Origin: a bacterium
GTDB taxonomy: Bacteria; UBP15; UBA6099; JBFMBQ01
Length of the DNA: 56,110 nucleotides
Reading direction: 5' to 3'
NCBI GenBank assembly: GCA_040752295.1
Contig: JBFMFE010000020.1
Span: 1 to 56,110, forward strand
Positions 8,089-17,911 of the stretch are shown piece by piece. How positions within the stretch are numbered: the first letter of the stretch is position 1; every line of letters starts with the position of its first letter. The position numbers were made by a program, and so were the translations under genes. The notes under the pieces are model-generated. The model was not told the origin of the DNA and ran no database searches. It saw only the letters and a program-made list of their open reading frames with translations.

Positions 8089-8117
8089 GAGTGTAGAAAT
8101 TAAAGGAGGTGGAAAAC

Positions 8118-8573
8118 ATGAAGTTAATCAAATGGCGACGCGACCCGTTCGATGACCTTGTAAGCCTTGGAACAGGGTTGGGAGGTGTTTTCGGTGATTT
8201 TCTTCCCGCCCTTTTCGGGGACGACCTCCTCAGCCCGTACTCATCCTGGCTCCCGCCGGTGGACGTCCGCGAGGATGACGACGAGATAGTGATAACCGCG
8301 GAGGCGCCCGGGATGAAGGAAAAGGAGCTTGAGGTGATGGTCGAGGACGGCACGCTCACGATCAGCGGAGAAAAGAAGTTCGAGAACGAGGACAAGAGGG
8401 AAGGCTACCACAGGATTGAGCGCAGGTACGGCTCTTTCAAGCGTTCGTTCAGGCTTCCCGCCGCCGTGAAATCCGACGACATCCGCGCGGACTACAGGGA
8501 CGGCGTCCTGGAGGTCCACGTTCCGAAGGCTGAAGAGGCGAAGGGCAGGAAAATACCCGTCAAGACAGGCTGA
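8118..8573 (+). CDS. small heat shock protein, Hsp20/alpha-crystallin family
   Basis: Alpha-crystallin domain (PPVDVREDDDEIVITAEAPGM..., RIERRYGSFKRSFRLP, DGVLEVHVPK). AGGAGG lies 8 nt before ATG 8118. Confidence 0.9.
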   Translation: MKLIKWRRDPFDDLVSLGTGLGGVFGDFLPALFGDDLLSPYSSWLPPVDVREDDDEIVITAEAPGMKEKELEVMVEDGTLTISGEKKFENEDKREGYHRIERRYGSFKRSFRLPAAVKSDDIRADYRDGVLEVHVPKAEEAKGRKIPVKTG

Positions 8574-8600
8574 CGCTGAAAAACCCCTTGTGTCCCCTTT

Positions 8601-8629
8601 CACCGGCGTTCGCGCGCCGGTGTTTTTTT
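8601..8629 (+). terminator. rho-independent terminator after hsp20
   Basis: CACCGGCG-ttcgcg-CGCCGGTG hairpin followed by TTTTTTT. It abuts the convergent mutS stop. Confidence 0.7.
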
Positions 8630-11222
8630 ATTCGGGGGGCTTTTCATCGAGCGTGTTTTTCAGTTCGTAGAGCAGTTCGAGGGCTTTTTTGGGGGTCAGT
8701 TCGTCGGGGTTGATTTCCCTGAGTTTTTCCTCGACCGCGCTTGGTGAGGGTTCCGGGAAGAGGGATAGCTGCGCCGTCTGTTTTTTCGGAGCGCTTGCGC
8801 GGGCGGCTTCGGCGCCGGTTTCGAGCATGGCGCCGGCGCGGCGGATGACCTCTTTTGGGAGCGCCGCCATGCGCGCCACTTCGACGCCGAAGCTCCTGCT
8901 TGCGCTTCCCCTGCGGACTTTGTGAGTGAAGACGATTTCGGCGCCTTTCTCGTAGGCGGAAGTGTGAAAGTTGTGTATGCGCGGAAATTTTTCCGCCATG
9001 GCGGTGAGTTCGAGAAAGTGTGTGGCGAAGAGGGTTCTCGCGCCGGTGCGCTCGTGTATGTATTCGGTTACCGCCCAGGCGATGCTGATGCCGTCGGAGG
9101 TTCCGGTCCCCCTGCCGACCTCGTCGAGGAGGACGAGGCTTCTGCGGGTGGCGTTGTGGAGGATTGAAGCGGTTTCGAGCATTTCGACCATGAACGTGCT
9201 GAGTCCGAGCGTGATGTCGTCCACGGCGCCGACGCGCGTGAATATGCGGTCGGCGACGCCGATTTCGGCGCTTGCGCAGGGGACAAAGGAGCCGATCTGC
9301 GCCATGAGGACGACGAGGGCGATCTGGCGCATGTAGGTGGATTTGCCGGACATATTGGGTCCGGTGATCACGTGTATCTGGCTCGATGTGCAGTCTATGA
9401 GTGTGTCGTTGGGAATGCAGGTCTGGGAGGGGAGCATTTTTTCGAGGACGGGGTGGCGGGCGTCCTTGAGGGAGATGAAGTCGGAGTCGGTGACGACCGG
9501 GCAGACGTAGTTGTTTTCGGCGGCGGTGCGCGCGAAGGAGATGAGGACGTCGAGCGCGGCGGAGGATTTCGCGGTGGTCATGACGCGGCATAGCTGCGCC
9601 GCCGTCCTGTTGCGGACGTCGCAGAACAGTTCGTACTCGAGTTCCTGGAGTTTTTCTTCCGCGCCGAGGATGGTGAGTTCCTTCTCTTTGAGTTCGGGGG
9701 TGAAGAAGCGTTCGCAGTTGGACGTGGTCTGTTTGCGGATGTAGTTGTCGGGGACGAGGTGGAGATTCGGCCTGGTGACTTCGATGTAGTAGCCGAAGAC
9801 CTTGTTGTAGCCGACCTTGAGTTTTTTGATTCCGGTTTTTTCGCGTTCGTCGTTTTCGAGGTCGGCTATCCAGTTTCTGCCGCCGTGTTTGACGTCGCGG
9901 AGCTTGTCCACTTCCTCGTGGAAGCCGTCCCTGATTATGCCGCCCTCGCGGACGACCCTCGGTGCGTCCTCGGAGATGGAGGCGGCGAGGAGTTCGTGGA
10001 CGTCGTCGAGGGTGTCTATGGAGTCGTGAATCCCGGCGATGATTTCGCTTTTGAACGTGGAGAGGATTTCCTTGAGGCGCGGGAGGACGCGGAGAGAGTC
10101 GCGGAGGGCGAGGAGTTCCTTGGGTGTGATGAGTTGAGCGGCGACGCGGCTTGAGAGGCGTTCGAGGTCGCCGATTTCGCCGAGGAGTTCGGCGGTTTCG
10201 CCTGCGGCGCGTTTTTTTTCGAGGAGTTCCCTGACGCCTTCGAGGCGTCGGTGGATGGAGGGGGTATCGGTGAGCGGGGATTCGATCCAGCGTCTGAGGA
10301 GGCGTTTGCCCATGGGGGTTCTGGTTTTATCGAGTATCCAGAGGAGGGAGCCGCGTTTTTCGCCCGTGCGGATGGTGGCGGTGAGTTCGAGGTTGCGGCG
10401 TGTGACGGGGTCAACGTACATGGAGTCGCCCGGGTTGTAGAGGGAGACGCCGGTGAGGTGGGTGGGATTGGTTTTGAGGTTGTGTCTGACGTATTCGAGG
10501 AGGTGGCTTGCGGCGGTGACGGCGGCGTGGAGGTTTTCGATGCCGAAGCTCCGGAGGGAGGCGACGCCGAAGTGGCGGCTGAGGTTGTCGTGGTGGTAGG
10601 CGGCGTCGAATATGGGTTCTTCGACGGCGAGTCTGATGCCCGGGAACCTTGCGCGGAAGAGGTCGTTGAAGGGTGCGTCGGAGTCGGTGAGGGCGGAGAC
10701 GCACTCGACCGGCGCGTTTCGTTCGATTTCGCGGAGGAGGGTGGAGTAGCCGGGGTCGCGTTTGATTTCTCCGGCGAGGAAGTCGCCGGTGGAGACGTCG
10801 AGCATGCTGATGCCGAAGCGTTCTTTTCCGGGTGTGACGGCGAGGATGAAGTTGTTCCGTCCCGGTTCGAGTGAGATGAGGTCGAGGTTGGTGCCGGGGG
10901 TGATGACGCGGACGACGTCGCGGGGGACGAGTCCCTTGACGGAAGCGGGGTCTGCCATTTGTTCGGCGAGCGCGACCTTGAGACCGTTTTTGAGGAGGCG
11001 CGCGATGTAGGGTTCGGCGGAGTGGAAGGGGACGCCGCAGAGGGGGAGGCGGTTGCCGTTGCCGAAGTCGCGCGAGGTGAGCGTTATTTCGAGTATGGGG
11101 GCGGCTTTTTTCGCGTCTTCGCCGAACATTTCGAAGAAGTCTCCGAGGCGGAACATGAGGATGCAGTCGCGGTACTGCGACTTGAGGGCGTGATACTGGC
11201 GCCACATGGGTGTGGCTTTCAC
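8628..11222 (-). CDS. mutS: DNA mismatch repair protein MutS
   Basis: 864 aa. MWRQY...FFEMF N-terminus, Walker A GPNMSGKST, and STFMVEM. Confidence 0.96.
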   Translation of the reverse strand: MKATPMWRQYHALKSQYRDCILMFRLGDFFEMFGEDAKKAAPILEITLTSRDFGNGNRLPLCGVPFHSAEPYIARLLKNGLKVALAEQMADPASVKGLVPRDVVRVITPGTNLDLISLEPGRNNFILAVTPGKERFGISMLDVSTGDFLAGEIKRDPGYSTLLREIERNAPVECVSALTDSDAPFNDLFRARFPGIRLAVEEPIFDAAYHHDNLSRHFGVASLRSFGIENLHAAVTAASHLLEYVRHNLKTNPTHLTGVSLYNPGDSMYVDPVTRRNLELTATIRTGEKRGSLLWILDKTRTPMGKRLLRRWIESPLTDTPSIHRRLEGVRELLEKKRAAGETAELLGEIGDLERLSSRVAAQLITPKELLALRDSLRVLPRLKEILSTFKSEIIAGIHDSIDTLDDVHELLAASISEDAPRVVREGGIIRDGFHEEVDKLRDVKHGGRNWIADLENDEREKTGIKKLKVGYNKVFGYYIEVTRPNLHLVPDNYIRKQTTSNCERFFTPELKEKELTILGAEEKLQELEYELFCDVRNRTAAQLCRVMTTAKSSAALDVLISFARTAAENNYVCPVVTDSDFISLKDARHPVLEKMLPSQTCIPNDTLIDCTSSQIHVITGPNMSGKSTYMRQIALVVLMAQIGSFVPCASAEIGVADRIFTRVGAVDDITLGLSTFMVEMLETASILHNATRRSLVLLDEVGRGTGTSDGISIAWAVTEYIHERTGARTLFATHFLELTAMAEKFPRIHNFHTSAYEKGAEIVFTHKVRRGSASRSFGVEVARMAALPKEVIRRAGAMLETGAEAARASAPKKQTAQLSLFPEPSPSAVEEKLREINPDELTPKKALELLYELKNTLDEKPPE

Positions 11223-12511
11223 GGTGTTTCTCCGATCAGGGCGTGGGGCGTGGCGCGGAGGACGCGCACGGTCGCGATTTCACCGGGTTCGAGCGGCGCG
11301 GCGGCGCGGAAGTCGGCGATCTTGTTCGTTCTCGTCCGTCCCCTGTACCTTCTCGCGGCGGGGTCCACGGTTTCCTCGACGAGGACGTCGAGGGAGGCGC
11401 CGACGAGGGAGTCGTTTATGCGGCGCGAGATCGCGTTCTGAAGTTCGTTCAGGAGCCTGAGGCGCTCGTTTTTGACGCCGGCGGGGACGGAGTCGGCGAG
11501 GGCGGCGGCAGGGGTGCCCGGGCGCGGGGAGTATTTGAAGGAATAGACCGAGTCAGGGCTGACGCTCTGGATGAGCGCGAGCGTGTTGCGGAACCGGCGG
11601 TCGGTCTCGCCGGGGAAGCCGACGATGACGTCGGCGGTGATGGAGGAGGGGGGGAAGTGTTCGCGGATGGCGCTTACTACCCGTTCGTAGTCGCGGGATG
11701 AGTAGCCGCGGTTCATGAGGCGGAGTATTTCGTCGTCGCCGGACTGGCAGGGGACGTGGAAGTGTTCGCACACCTTCGGGAAATTTTTTAGTTCGCGCAG
11801 GAAGCTTTCGGTGACCCACCGCGGGTGCGAAGTGATGAAGCGGAGGCGTTCGATGCCGGGGAGGTCATGGAGCGCGGCGATGACGTCGAGGAGCGTGCGC
11901 CTCGGGGCGAGGTCTTCGCCGTAGGCGAGGACGTTCTGTCCGAGGATTGTGATTTCGCGGCATCCCGCGCGGGCCATTTCGCGGGCTTCGGCTTCCACTT
12001 CCTCCGGGGTTCGGCTTTTTTCCGGACCCCGCACGGACGGCACGACGCAGTAGGAGCAGGGGTTGGAGCATCCGCGGAGGACGGCGATGAAGCGCGAGAC
12101 GGGTGAGGGGGTGCGGGGTTCGACGTTGAATCCGTGCGGAGCGAGCCTGTGGAGCGCCTCGTTAAGCGTGTCCGCGTACCTGGAAATCTCGCCGGCTCCG
12201 ATGACGTAATCGAGGAAAGGGAAGTCCCCCGCGAGGTCTCTTTTTTCGGGGATGCAGCCGCCGACGCCGACGATGAGCGACGGTTTTTTCGTTTTGAGGC
12301 GCCTGATCCCGCCGAGGAGGCTGAAGAACTTGTCTTCCGCCTTCTGCCGGACGCAGCAGGTGTGGACGTGGACGAGGTCGGAGTTTTCCGGGGAGTCGGC
12401 GGGCGCAAGCCCGCCGGCGGAGAAGAAGCGGGCGAGGAGGTCGGCGTCGCAGCGGTTCATCTGGCAGCCGAAGGTTTTGATGAAGAAGGCGGGTTTTCCG
12501 TTGCCGTTCAT
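11219..12511 (-). CDS. miaB: tRNA methylthiotransferase (MiaB-family radical SAM)
   Basis: FFIKTFGCQMN UPF0004 domain, CSNPCSYC radical-SAM cluster, and a TRAM-like C-terminus. I trimmed the start to MNGNGKP, because the longer ORF would overlap hisI. Its stop overlaps the mutS GTG start. Confidence 0.85.
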   Translation of the reverse strand: MNGNGKPAFFIKTFGCQMNRCDADLLARFFSAGGLAPADSPENSDLVHVHTCCVRQKAEDKFFSLLGGIRRLKTKKPSLIVGVGGCIPEKRDLAGDFPFLDYVIGAGEISRYADTLNEALHRLAPHGFNVEPRTPSPVSRFIAVLRGCSNPCSYCVVPSVRGPEKSRTPEEVEAEAREMARAGCREITILGQNVLAYGEDLAPRRTLLDVIAALHDLPGIERLRFITSHPRWVTESFLRELKNFPKVCEHFHVPCQSGDDEILRLMNRGYSSRDYERVVSAIREHFPPSSITADVIVGFPGETDRRFRNTLALIQSVSPDSVYSFKYSPRPGTPAAALADSVPAGVKNERLRLLNELQNAISRRINDSLVGASLDVLVEETVDPAARRYRGRTRTNKIADFRAAAPLEPGEIATVRVLRATPHALIGETP

Positions 12512-12543
12512 TTTCCGGGTCTTTGAGCCGTGGGGCGGTGCGT

Positions 12544-12861
12544 TCAGGGACGGTACTCGTTGTGGAAGCAAGACCACTCGCCCGTGTGGCAGGCGCCGGC
12601 GCCGGTCTGTTCGACCTTGACGAGGAGTGAGTCGGCGTCGCAGTCGTAGAGGATTTTTTTGACTTTCTGGACGTTTCCGCTCGTGGCGCCCTTGTTCCAG
12701 AACTGCCGTCTCGAGCGGCTCCAGAACCATGTCGTTCCGGACTGGACGGTTCTGCGGAGCGCCTCCTCGTTCATGTAGGCGAGCATGAGGACGTCGCCGG
12801 ACTCGTAGTCCTGAACGATCGCCGGAATGAGTCCTTTTTCGTCGAATTTAAGGATTGACAT
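12544..12861 (-). CDS. hisI: phosphoribosyl-AMP cyclohydrolase
   Basis: [20 protein letters not shown] and C.TG..SCF motifs. Confidence 0.9.
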   Translation of the reverse strand: MSILKFDEKGLIPAIVQDYESGDVLMLAYMNEEALRRTVQSGTTWFWSRSRRQFWNKGATSGNVQKVKKILYDCDADSLLVKVEQTGAGACHTGEWSCFHNEYRP

Positions 12862-12878
12862 AAGGCACAGCCTTTCCG

Positions 12879-13646
12879 TCAGTTCCGGACGGTGACGCCG
12901 CGGGAGGACATGAAGTTTTTCGCCTGCCGGATGGAGTATTCCCTGTAGTGAAAGAGCGAGGCGACGAGGACGGCGTCGGCGCGTCCGACGATGACTGCGT
13001 CAACGAGGTGGTGGAGAGAGCCTGCGCCGCCGGAGGCGATGAGTGGGATGGAGACGGCGCCGGACACGGCGCGGTTGAGTTCGTTGTCGTATCCGAGGCG
13101 TGTGCCGTCGCGGTCCATGCTCGTGAGGAGAATTTCGCCGGCGCCGCGGCGTTCGACTTCCGCCGCCCACCTGAGCGCGTCGAGGTTCGCGGGGGTTCTG
13201 CCGCCGTGCGTGTAGACGGTCCAGCCGTTCGCGGTTCTTTTTGCGTCAATGGCGACCACGATGCATTGAGAGCCGAAGATTTCGGCGCTTCTGCTGACGA
13301 GAGAGGGGTCGAGGACGGCGGCGGTGTTGAGGGAGACCTTGTCGGCGCCCGCGTGGAGTATTTCCCTTATGTCTTCGAGGTTCCGCAGTCCGCCGCCGAC
13401 GGTGAAGGGTATGAAGACCGATTCTGCGGTTCGGCGGACGACGTCAATCATGATATCGCGCCTGTCGGAAGAGGCTGTGATGTCGAGGAAAACGAGTTCG
13501 TCGGCTTCCTCGGCGTCGTACACGCGGGCTTGTTCGACGGGGTCGCCGGCGTCGCGCAGGTTGACGAAGTTGACCCCTTTCACGACGCGTCCGTCCTTGA
13601 CGTCGAGGCAGGGAATTATCCTTTTCGCGAGCATGGCGAATGTCAC
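12879..13646 (-). CDS. hisF: imidazole glycerol phosphate synthase cyclase subunit
   Basis: [28 protein letters not shown] and [15 protein letters not shown]. Confidence 0.95.
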   Translation of the reverse strand: MTFAMLAKRIIPCLDVKDGRVVKGVNFVNLRDAGDPVEQARVYDAEEADELVFLDITASSDRRDIMIDVVRRTAESVFIPFTVGGGLRNLEDIREILHAGADKVSLNTAAVLDPSLVSRSAEIFGSQCIVVAIDAKRTANGWTVYTHGGRTPANLDALRWAAEVERRGAGEILLTSMDRDGTRLGYDNELNRAVSGAVSIPLIASGGAGSLHHLVDAVIVGRADAVLVASLFHYREYSIRQAKNFMSSRGVTVRN

Positions 13647-13735
13647 CCGGCGGTTACGGGAATTATTATAACCCGATTTCGAAGAAAAGCCTGCAAAGCC
13701 GGCTGCTGCCGCCGCGCCGAAAAATTTTTGCCTTG

Positions 13736-13764
13736 TTGACTTTCAACCCGCCCGGCGCTAAAAT
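13736..13764 (+). promoter_or_regulatory. putative sigma70 promoter (TTGACT-17-TAAAAT) for the cysC leader or a small transcript
   Basis: TTGACT at 13736-13741, a 17-nt spacer, TAAAAT at 13759-13764. Confidence 0.5.
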
Positions 13765-14079
13765 TTACCTGCGTCATAAACGGGGCGACAATTTCAGGGG
13801 GTCAGAAATGAGAGCGACATGGCGGCCTGCGCCGAGACCGAAGCCGAAGAGGTAACAAGGAAAAAGTTACCCTCGCCGGTCTGATCTTTTCTTTCTAAAT
13901 ACGTTAATGCGGCGTGCCCTGATACGGGGTTTTTTTTGTTTTTCGTTCCGTGTTTTCGCGGAGGCGGCGGGGATTTTCTGGAAAAACGCCGCGGGATTCT
14001 GTATCATAGACGGAACCGGCGGCGGGGTGCGCCGGCGGAGCGCGCCGGCGAGGTCGCCCTGCGAGGGGTTCGGAGCGCG

Positions 14080-14694
14080 ATGAGAGACAAAGGATTCACA
14101 TTGTGGTTCACGGGGCTTCCGGCGTCGGGCAAGACCACGCTTTCGGGGATGGCGGCGGTGGAGTTGAGGGCGCGGGGGATGCGGGTGGAGGTTCTGGACG
14201 GGGACGTGATAAGGAAGGAGTTGTGTTCGGACCTGGGTTTCAGCAGGGAGGACAGGGACAGGAACGTGAGGCGCGTGGGGTTCGTCTGCGGGCTGCTGTC
14301 GCGCAACGGCGTCGCGGCGATAGCCGCGCTGATATCGCCGTACCGCGCGGTGCGCCGGGAGGTGCGCGCGGGGACGGAGCGGTTCGTGGAGGTGTACACG
14401 AAGTGTCCGGTGGAGGTGTGCATGGAGCGTGACTACAAGGGGAACTACAGGAGGGCGCTTGCGGGCGAGATCAGGAATTTCACCGGCGTGGATGATCCTT
14501 ACGAGGAGCCTGAGAGGGCGGAAATAGTAGTTGACACGGCGAACCTGACGCCCCGGGGGAGTTTCGAGTACGTGATGAGGCGGCTTGAGGAACTGGGATA
14601 CGCGGCGCCGGCGCAGTGGGGGGAGGGTGGGGTTTATTCGCGCGAGGAGGAGGAGAAGGTGCGGCGGCGGCTGGAGGGGCTTGGCTACATTTGA
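14080..14694 (+). CDS. cysC: adenylylsulfate (APS) kinase
   Basis: GFTLWFTGLPASGKTT P-loop, LDGD..R and SPY motifs. I trimmed the start to MRDKGF. There is a C-terminal extension of about 40 aa. Confidence 0.88.
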   Translation: MRDKGFTLWFTGLPASGKTTLSGMAAVELRARGMRVEVLDGDVIRKELCSDLGFSREDRDRNVRRVGFVCGLLSRNGVAAIAALISPYRAVRREVRAGTERFVEVYTKCPVEVCMERDYKGNYRRALAGEIRNFTGVDDPYEEPERAEIVVDTANLTPRGSFEYVMRRLEELGYAAPAQWGEGGVYSREEEEKVRRRLEGLGYI

Positions 14695-14781
14695 GGGTCG
14701 GGAAGCGGATTCGGCGTTGAACCCGCGGCGCCGGACGGTTCGAGCGGCGGGCGGCGCCGGCGGAAGAAAGGAGAGTGCGGA

Positions 14782-16503
14782 ATGAGGAGTTCCGGGAGAC
14801 GTGTTTTCCTGCGTCCGGCGGGCGCGGCGGTCGCGCTGATTTGTCTTGCGGCGGGGGCGCCCCGGCGCGCGGGCGCGTACGAGCAGATGACGGTGATGGC
14901 GCCGATGCGCGACGGGGTGAGGCTTTCGACCAACGTGTTCGTTCCCGCCGGGGGGAAGAAGTATCCCGCGTTGTTGATGAGGACGCCGTACGGGAAAGAG
15001 ATCGGGAACGTGATGGTGACGGCGGCGCTTTCGAAGGGGTTCGCGTGGGTGGTGCAGGACACGCGTGGGCGGTTCGAATCGGAGGGGACTTCGATGTCGT
15101 TTTTAGACGAGGCGGAGGACGGGTACGACACGGTGGAATGGGCGGCGGCGCAGCCGTGGTGCGACGGGCGCGTCGGGACTGTGGGGATTTCGGCGATGGG
15201 GATCAACCAGTACGTGATGCTTCCCAAGTCTCCGCCGCACCTGAGGTGCGCGTACGTGATGGCGGCGGCGCAGAGTCTGTATCACGACGCCGCTTACCAC
15301 GGGGGCGCCTTCCGGCGGGCGCTGGTGATCGGGTGGACGATGGGCAACAAGCTTCCGCTGATGCTTCTCGAACTGCTGATGGATAATCCGGATTACGGTC
15401 CGATCTGGCACAAGGTGAATCTGTCCGAGAGGTACGGCTCGGTGCGCGTGCCGGTGATGCACGTGGGGGGATGGTACGACATTTTTTTACAGGGGAACAT
15501 AGACGCGTTCAACGGGCTTCAGGAGAAGGGCGGGGAGGGCGCGAGGGGGAAACAGCGCCTTATCATCGGTCCCTGGACGCACGGCGGATGGGGCGCGCTG
15601 AGGGGTTTCGAACAGGGCGAGCTCACGTACCCCACGAATTCGAAGTACGATTTTTTCACCAAGGTGGTTCCGTGGTTCGAGGAGTGCATCAAGGGTAAGG
15701 ACAGGGGGTTTCAGAGCGGTCCGGCGGTGCGGTACTACCTCATGGGCGACCCGGAGGATGAGTCGGCGCCGGGGAACGAGTGGCTTGAGGCGGAGAGCTG
15801 GCCGCCGCCCGCCGAGCCGACGCCGTTTTATTTTCACGCCGACGGAAGGCTCAGCGTTGAGAAGCCGGGCGTGGAGTCCGCTTCACTGACGTTCCGCGCC
15901 GATCCTGCGGACCCTGTGCCGACAATCGGCGGGGGTAATTTAGAGCTTGCGAGCGGGACAATGGACCAGCGCGCGATAGAAAAGCGGGACGACGTTCTGG
16001 TTTTCACGACCGAGCCGTTGAGCGAGCCGCTCGCGATCGCGGGACCGGTGAAGGCGGTTCTGCACGTCTCGACGGACGTTCCGGACACCGATTTCACCGC
16101 GCGGCTGACGGACGTGTATCCGGACGGGCGCTCGATGCTGGTGATGGACGGGATTCTGCGGGCATCGCACCGGGACGGATACGAGAGGCGCACGCCCCTG
16201 GAGCCGGGGAAGCTCTACGCGCTGACGGTGGATTTATGGGACACGGCGATCGTTTTCAACAGGGGGCACCGGGTGCGGGTGATAATCGCGGGGTCGAATT
16301 TCCCCCGGTTCGACGCGAACCTGAACAACGGAAAGGTTTTCGATCTCGAGGCGGGCGAACTGGAGAGGGCGACGGAAAACGTCTGGGAATACATAAAGAT
16401 GCCCGACGCGGGGGCCGACTCGCGGGTCGCGAACAACGTTCTGCGGGTTGACGCGTCGCATTCATCGCACCTGGTTCTGCCGCTGGTTTCCGCCGGGGAA
16501 TGA
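14782..16503 (+). CDS. CocE/NonD family hydrolase (X-Pro dipeptidyl-peptidase S15-like), probably Tat-exported
   Basis: MRDGVRLSTNVFVP...LLMRTPYGK, and GISAMG (nucleophile elbow). The N-terminal SGRRVFLR resembles a twin-arginine motif. Confidence 0.8.
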   Translation: MRSSGRRVFLRPAGAAVALICLAAGAPRRAGAYEQMTVMAPMRDGVRLSTNVFVPAGGKKYPALLMRTPYGKEIGNVMVTAALSKGFAWVVQDTRGRFESEGTSMSFLDEAEDGYDTVEWAAAQPWCDGRVGTVGISAMGINQYVMLPKSPPHLRCAYVMAAAQSLYHDAAYHGGAFRRALVIGWTMGNKLPLMLLELLMDNPDYGPIWHKVNLSERYGSVRVPVMHVGGWYDIFLQGNIDAFNGLQEKGGEGARGKQRLIIGPWTHGGWGALRGFEQGELTYPTNSKYDFFTKVVPWFEECIKGKDRGFQSGPAVRYYLMGDPEDESAPGNEWLEAESWPPPAEPTPFYFHADGRLSVEKPGVESASLTFRADPADPVPTIGGGNLELASGTMDQRAIEKRDDVLVFTTEPLSEPLAIAGPVKAVLHVSTDVPDTDFTARLTDVYPDGRSMLVMDGILRASHRDGYERRTPLEPGKLYALTVDLWDTAIVFNRGHRVRVIIAGSNFPRFDANLNNGKVFDLEAGELERATENVWEYIKMPDAGADSRVANNVLRVDASHSSHLVLPLVSAGE

Positions 16504-16599
16504 TCTATTCTTCAGCGCTGTTTTACGCGGTTGCGCGGCGCTGCGCGTTTCAGTGGGCGGCGCCGGCAGGGGGGGGCGTCCTGGGGGGGCGCCGCGGGG

Positions 16600-17667
16600 T
16601 CATTCGATCATGTCCCACGTGATGACGTCTTCGCGGGCGATGTCCCTTTTAGCCTTTCTTCCGACGACCAGGTTCAACATCGAGGGCTGAATGCCGTAGC
16701 CGGGGCGTTTGACGGCGAGCATCCGCCTTGAGATTTTCGCGTGTCCGGGGATGTCGGCGGCGGCGACGAGACTCCGGCGGTGGAGCCTGTAATTTTCGCG
16801 TTCCGCGCCGGTGCATTGTTTCACCGGGGAGCCGAGCGCCTGCTCCGTGAAGCGCACGGCGCGGCACATTTCGCCGAGTTCCGCCGGCTCGAGGGCGAAG
16901 GGGTGGTCCGGTCCGGGGAGGTTGCGGCTGAGGGTGAAGTGTTTTTCGATGATGCACGCGCCGCGCGCCGCGGCTATGACGTCGGGCGTTATGCTCATCG
17001 TGTGGTCGGAGAAGCCGACGGGGACGTTGAAGGCGTCCCTCATGGTGTCCATGGCGCGGAGGTTGAGGTCTTCGAACCTGGGGGGGTGGTTGACGGCGCA
17101 GTGGAGGAGCGCCACGCGGCGGTTGTTCTCGCCGTAGATGACGTCGAGGGCGTCCTCGATGTCGCCGAGGTCCGCCATGCCGGTTGAGAGAAGTATGGGT
17201 TTTCGCGTGCTCGCGACCTTTTTGAGGAGCTGAACGTAGGTGATGTCCACGGAGGCGATTTTGTAGGCTGGCACGCCGACGCGCTCGAGTTCGTCCACCG
17301 CTCTTTCGTCGAAGGGCGTGGAGAGGAAGATCACCTTTTTCTTTTCGCAATAGTCCCGGAGTTTGGGGTGCCACTCGCGGGGGAGTTCGAGTTTTCTGAG
17401 GACGTCCCAGATGGTTTGCGGGGCGCCCGATTTTTTCTTTTTCCCCGCGACGGGAGCTTTTTCCGAGAAGAGCGTTCTGGCGGAGAAGGTCTGGAACTTG
17501 ACGGCGTCCGCGCCGGCTTCGGCGGCGGCGGCGATGAGGTTGAATGCGCGCTTGAGGTCGCGTCCGTGGTTGCTTCCCGCCTCGGCGATGATGAAACATG
17601 GGTTGCCGGGACCGATCATTCTGTTTCCGACGGCGAAGGGTTCCATATTGCCCGGGGTTCCGCTCAT
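16600..17667 (-). CDS. NeuB-family sialic/pseudaminic acid-type synthase with a C-terminal SAF domain
   Basis: CFIIAEAGSNHG and DAVKFQTF motifs. The start is uncertain (ATG 17712, 17667 or 17646). Confidence 0.8.
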   Translation of the reverse strand: MSGTPGNMEPFAVGNRMIGPGNPCFIIAEAGSNHGRDLKRAFNLIAAAAEAGADAVKFQTFSARTLFSEKAPVAGKKKKSGAPQTIWDVLRKLELPREWHPKLRDYCEKKKVIFLSTPFDERAVDELERVGVPAYKIASVDITYVQLLKKVASTRKPILLSTGMADLGDIEDALDVIYGENNRRVALLHCAVNHPPRFEDLNLRAMDTMRDAFNVPVGFSDHTMSITPDVIAAARGACIIEKHFTLSRNLPGPDHPFALEPAELGEMCRAVRFTEQALGSPVKQCTGAERENYRLHRRSLVAAADIPGHAKISRRMLAVKRPGYGIQPSMLNLVVGRKAKRDIAREDVITWDMIE

Positions 17668-17911
17668 GGCGGCTTCCGTTCCAGACCGGCTCGCGCCGAA
17701 GGGGCGCTTCATCGGGCATGGACCGGTACCTGATAATTTTAGAAAACAAGGGTTTTTTTGTAAACGGGGGGAGTGGAACTGATTCCCGGAGCGGTGTAAG
17801 GGGAAAGGGATTTTTTTTATTTCGAGGTTGAGTTTGAGGAAAAAATGTTTGAGAATAACGAACCGCCGGTTCGCCGGCGGCGTGGAAACCAGAGAAAGAG
17901 GGTGGAGCGCT

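Noticed and set aside
12512-12730. N-terminal extensions of ORFs in the track (miaB to 12730, cysC from 13936, cstA to 45405, GHMP kinase to 42280, rplS from 50431, nadA to 1140, and the GreA-like gene from 4649).
   Set aside because: The extensions overlap neighbouring genes, regulatory elements or repeats, and are Arg/Pro-rich. Internal starts align with the conserved N-termini of the families and have better SD sequences.
13765-14079. SAM, cobalamin or other known riboswitch upstream of cysC.
   Set aside because: None of the conserved core sequences I know for these classes is present. I kept the region as an unclassified leader or small-RNA candidate instead.
15071-15080. tRNA T-loop-like strings (GGTTCGAATC at 15071 and GGTTCGAGTCC at 30475).
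   Set aside because: Both lie inside well-supported CDSs (CocE-like and thiolase-like). Neither has a flanking acceptor or anticodon stem arrangement.
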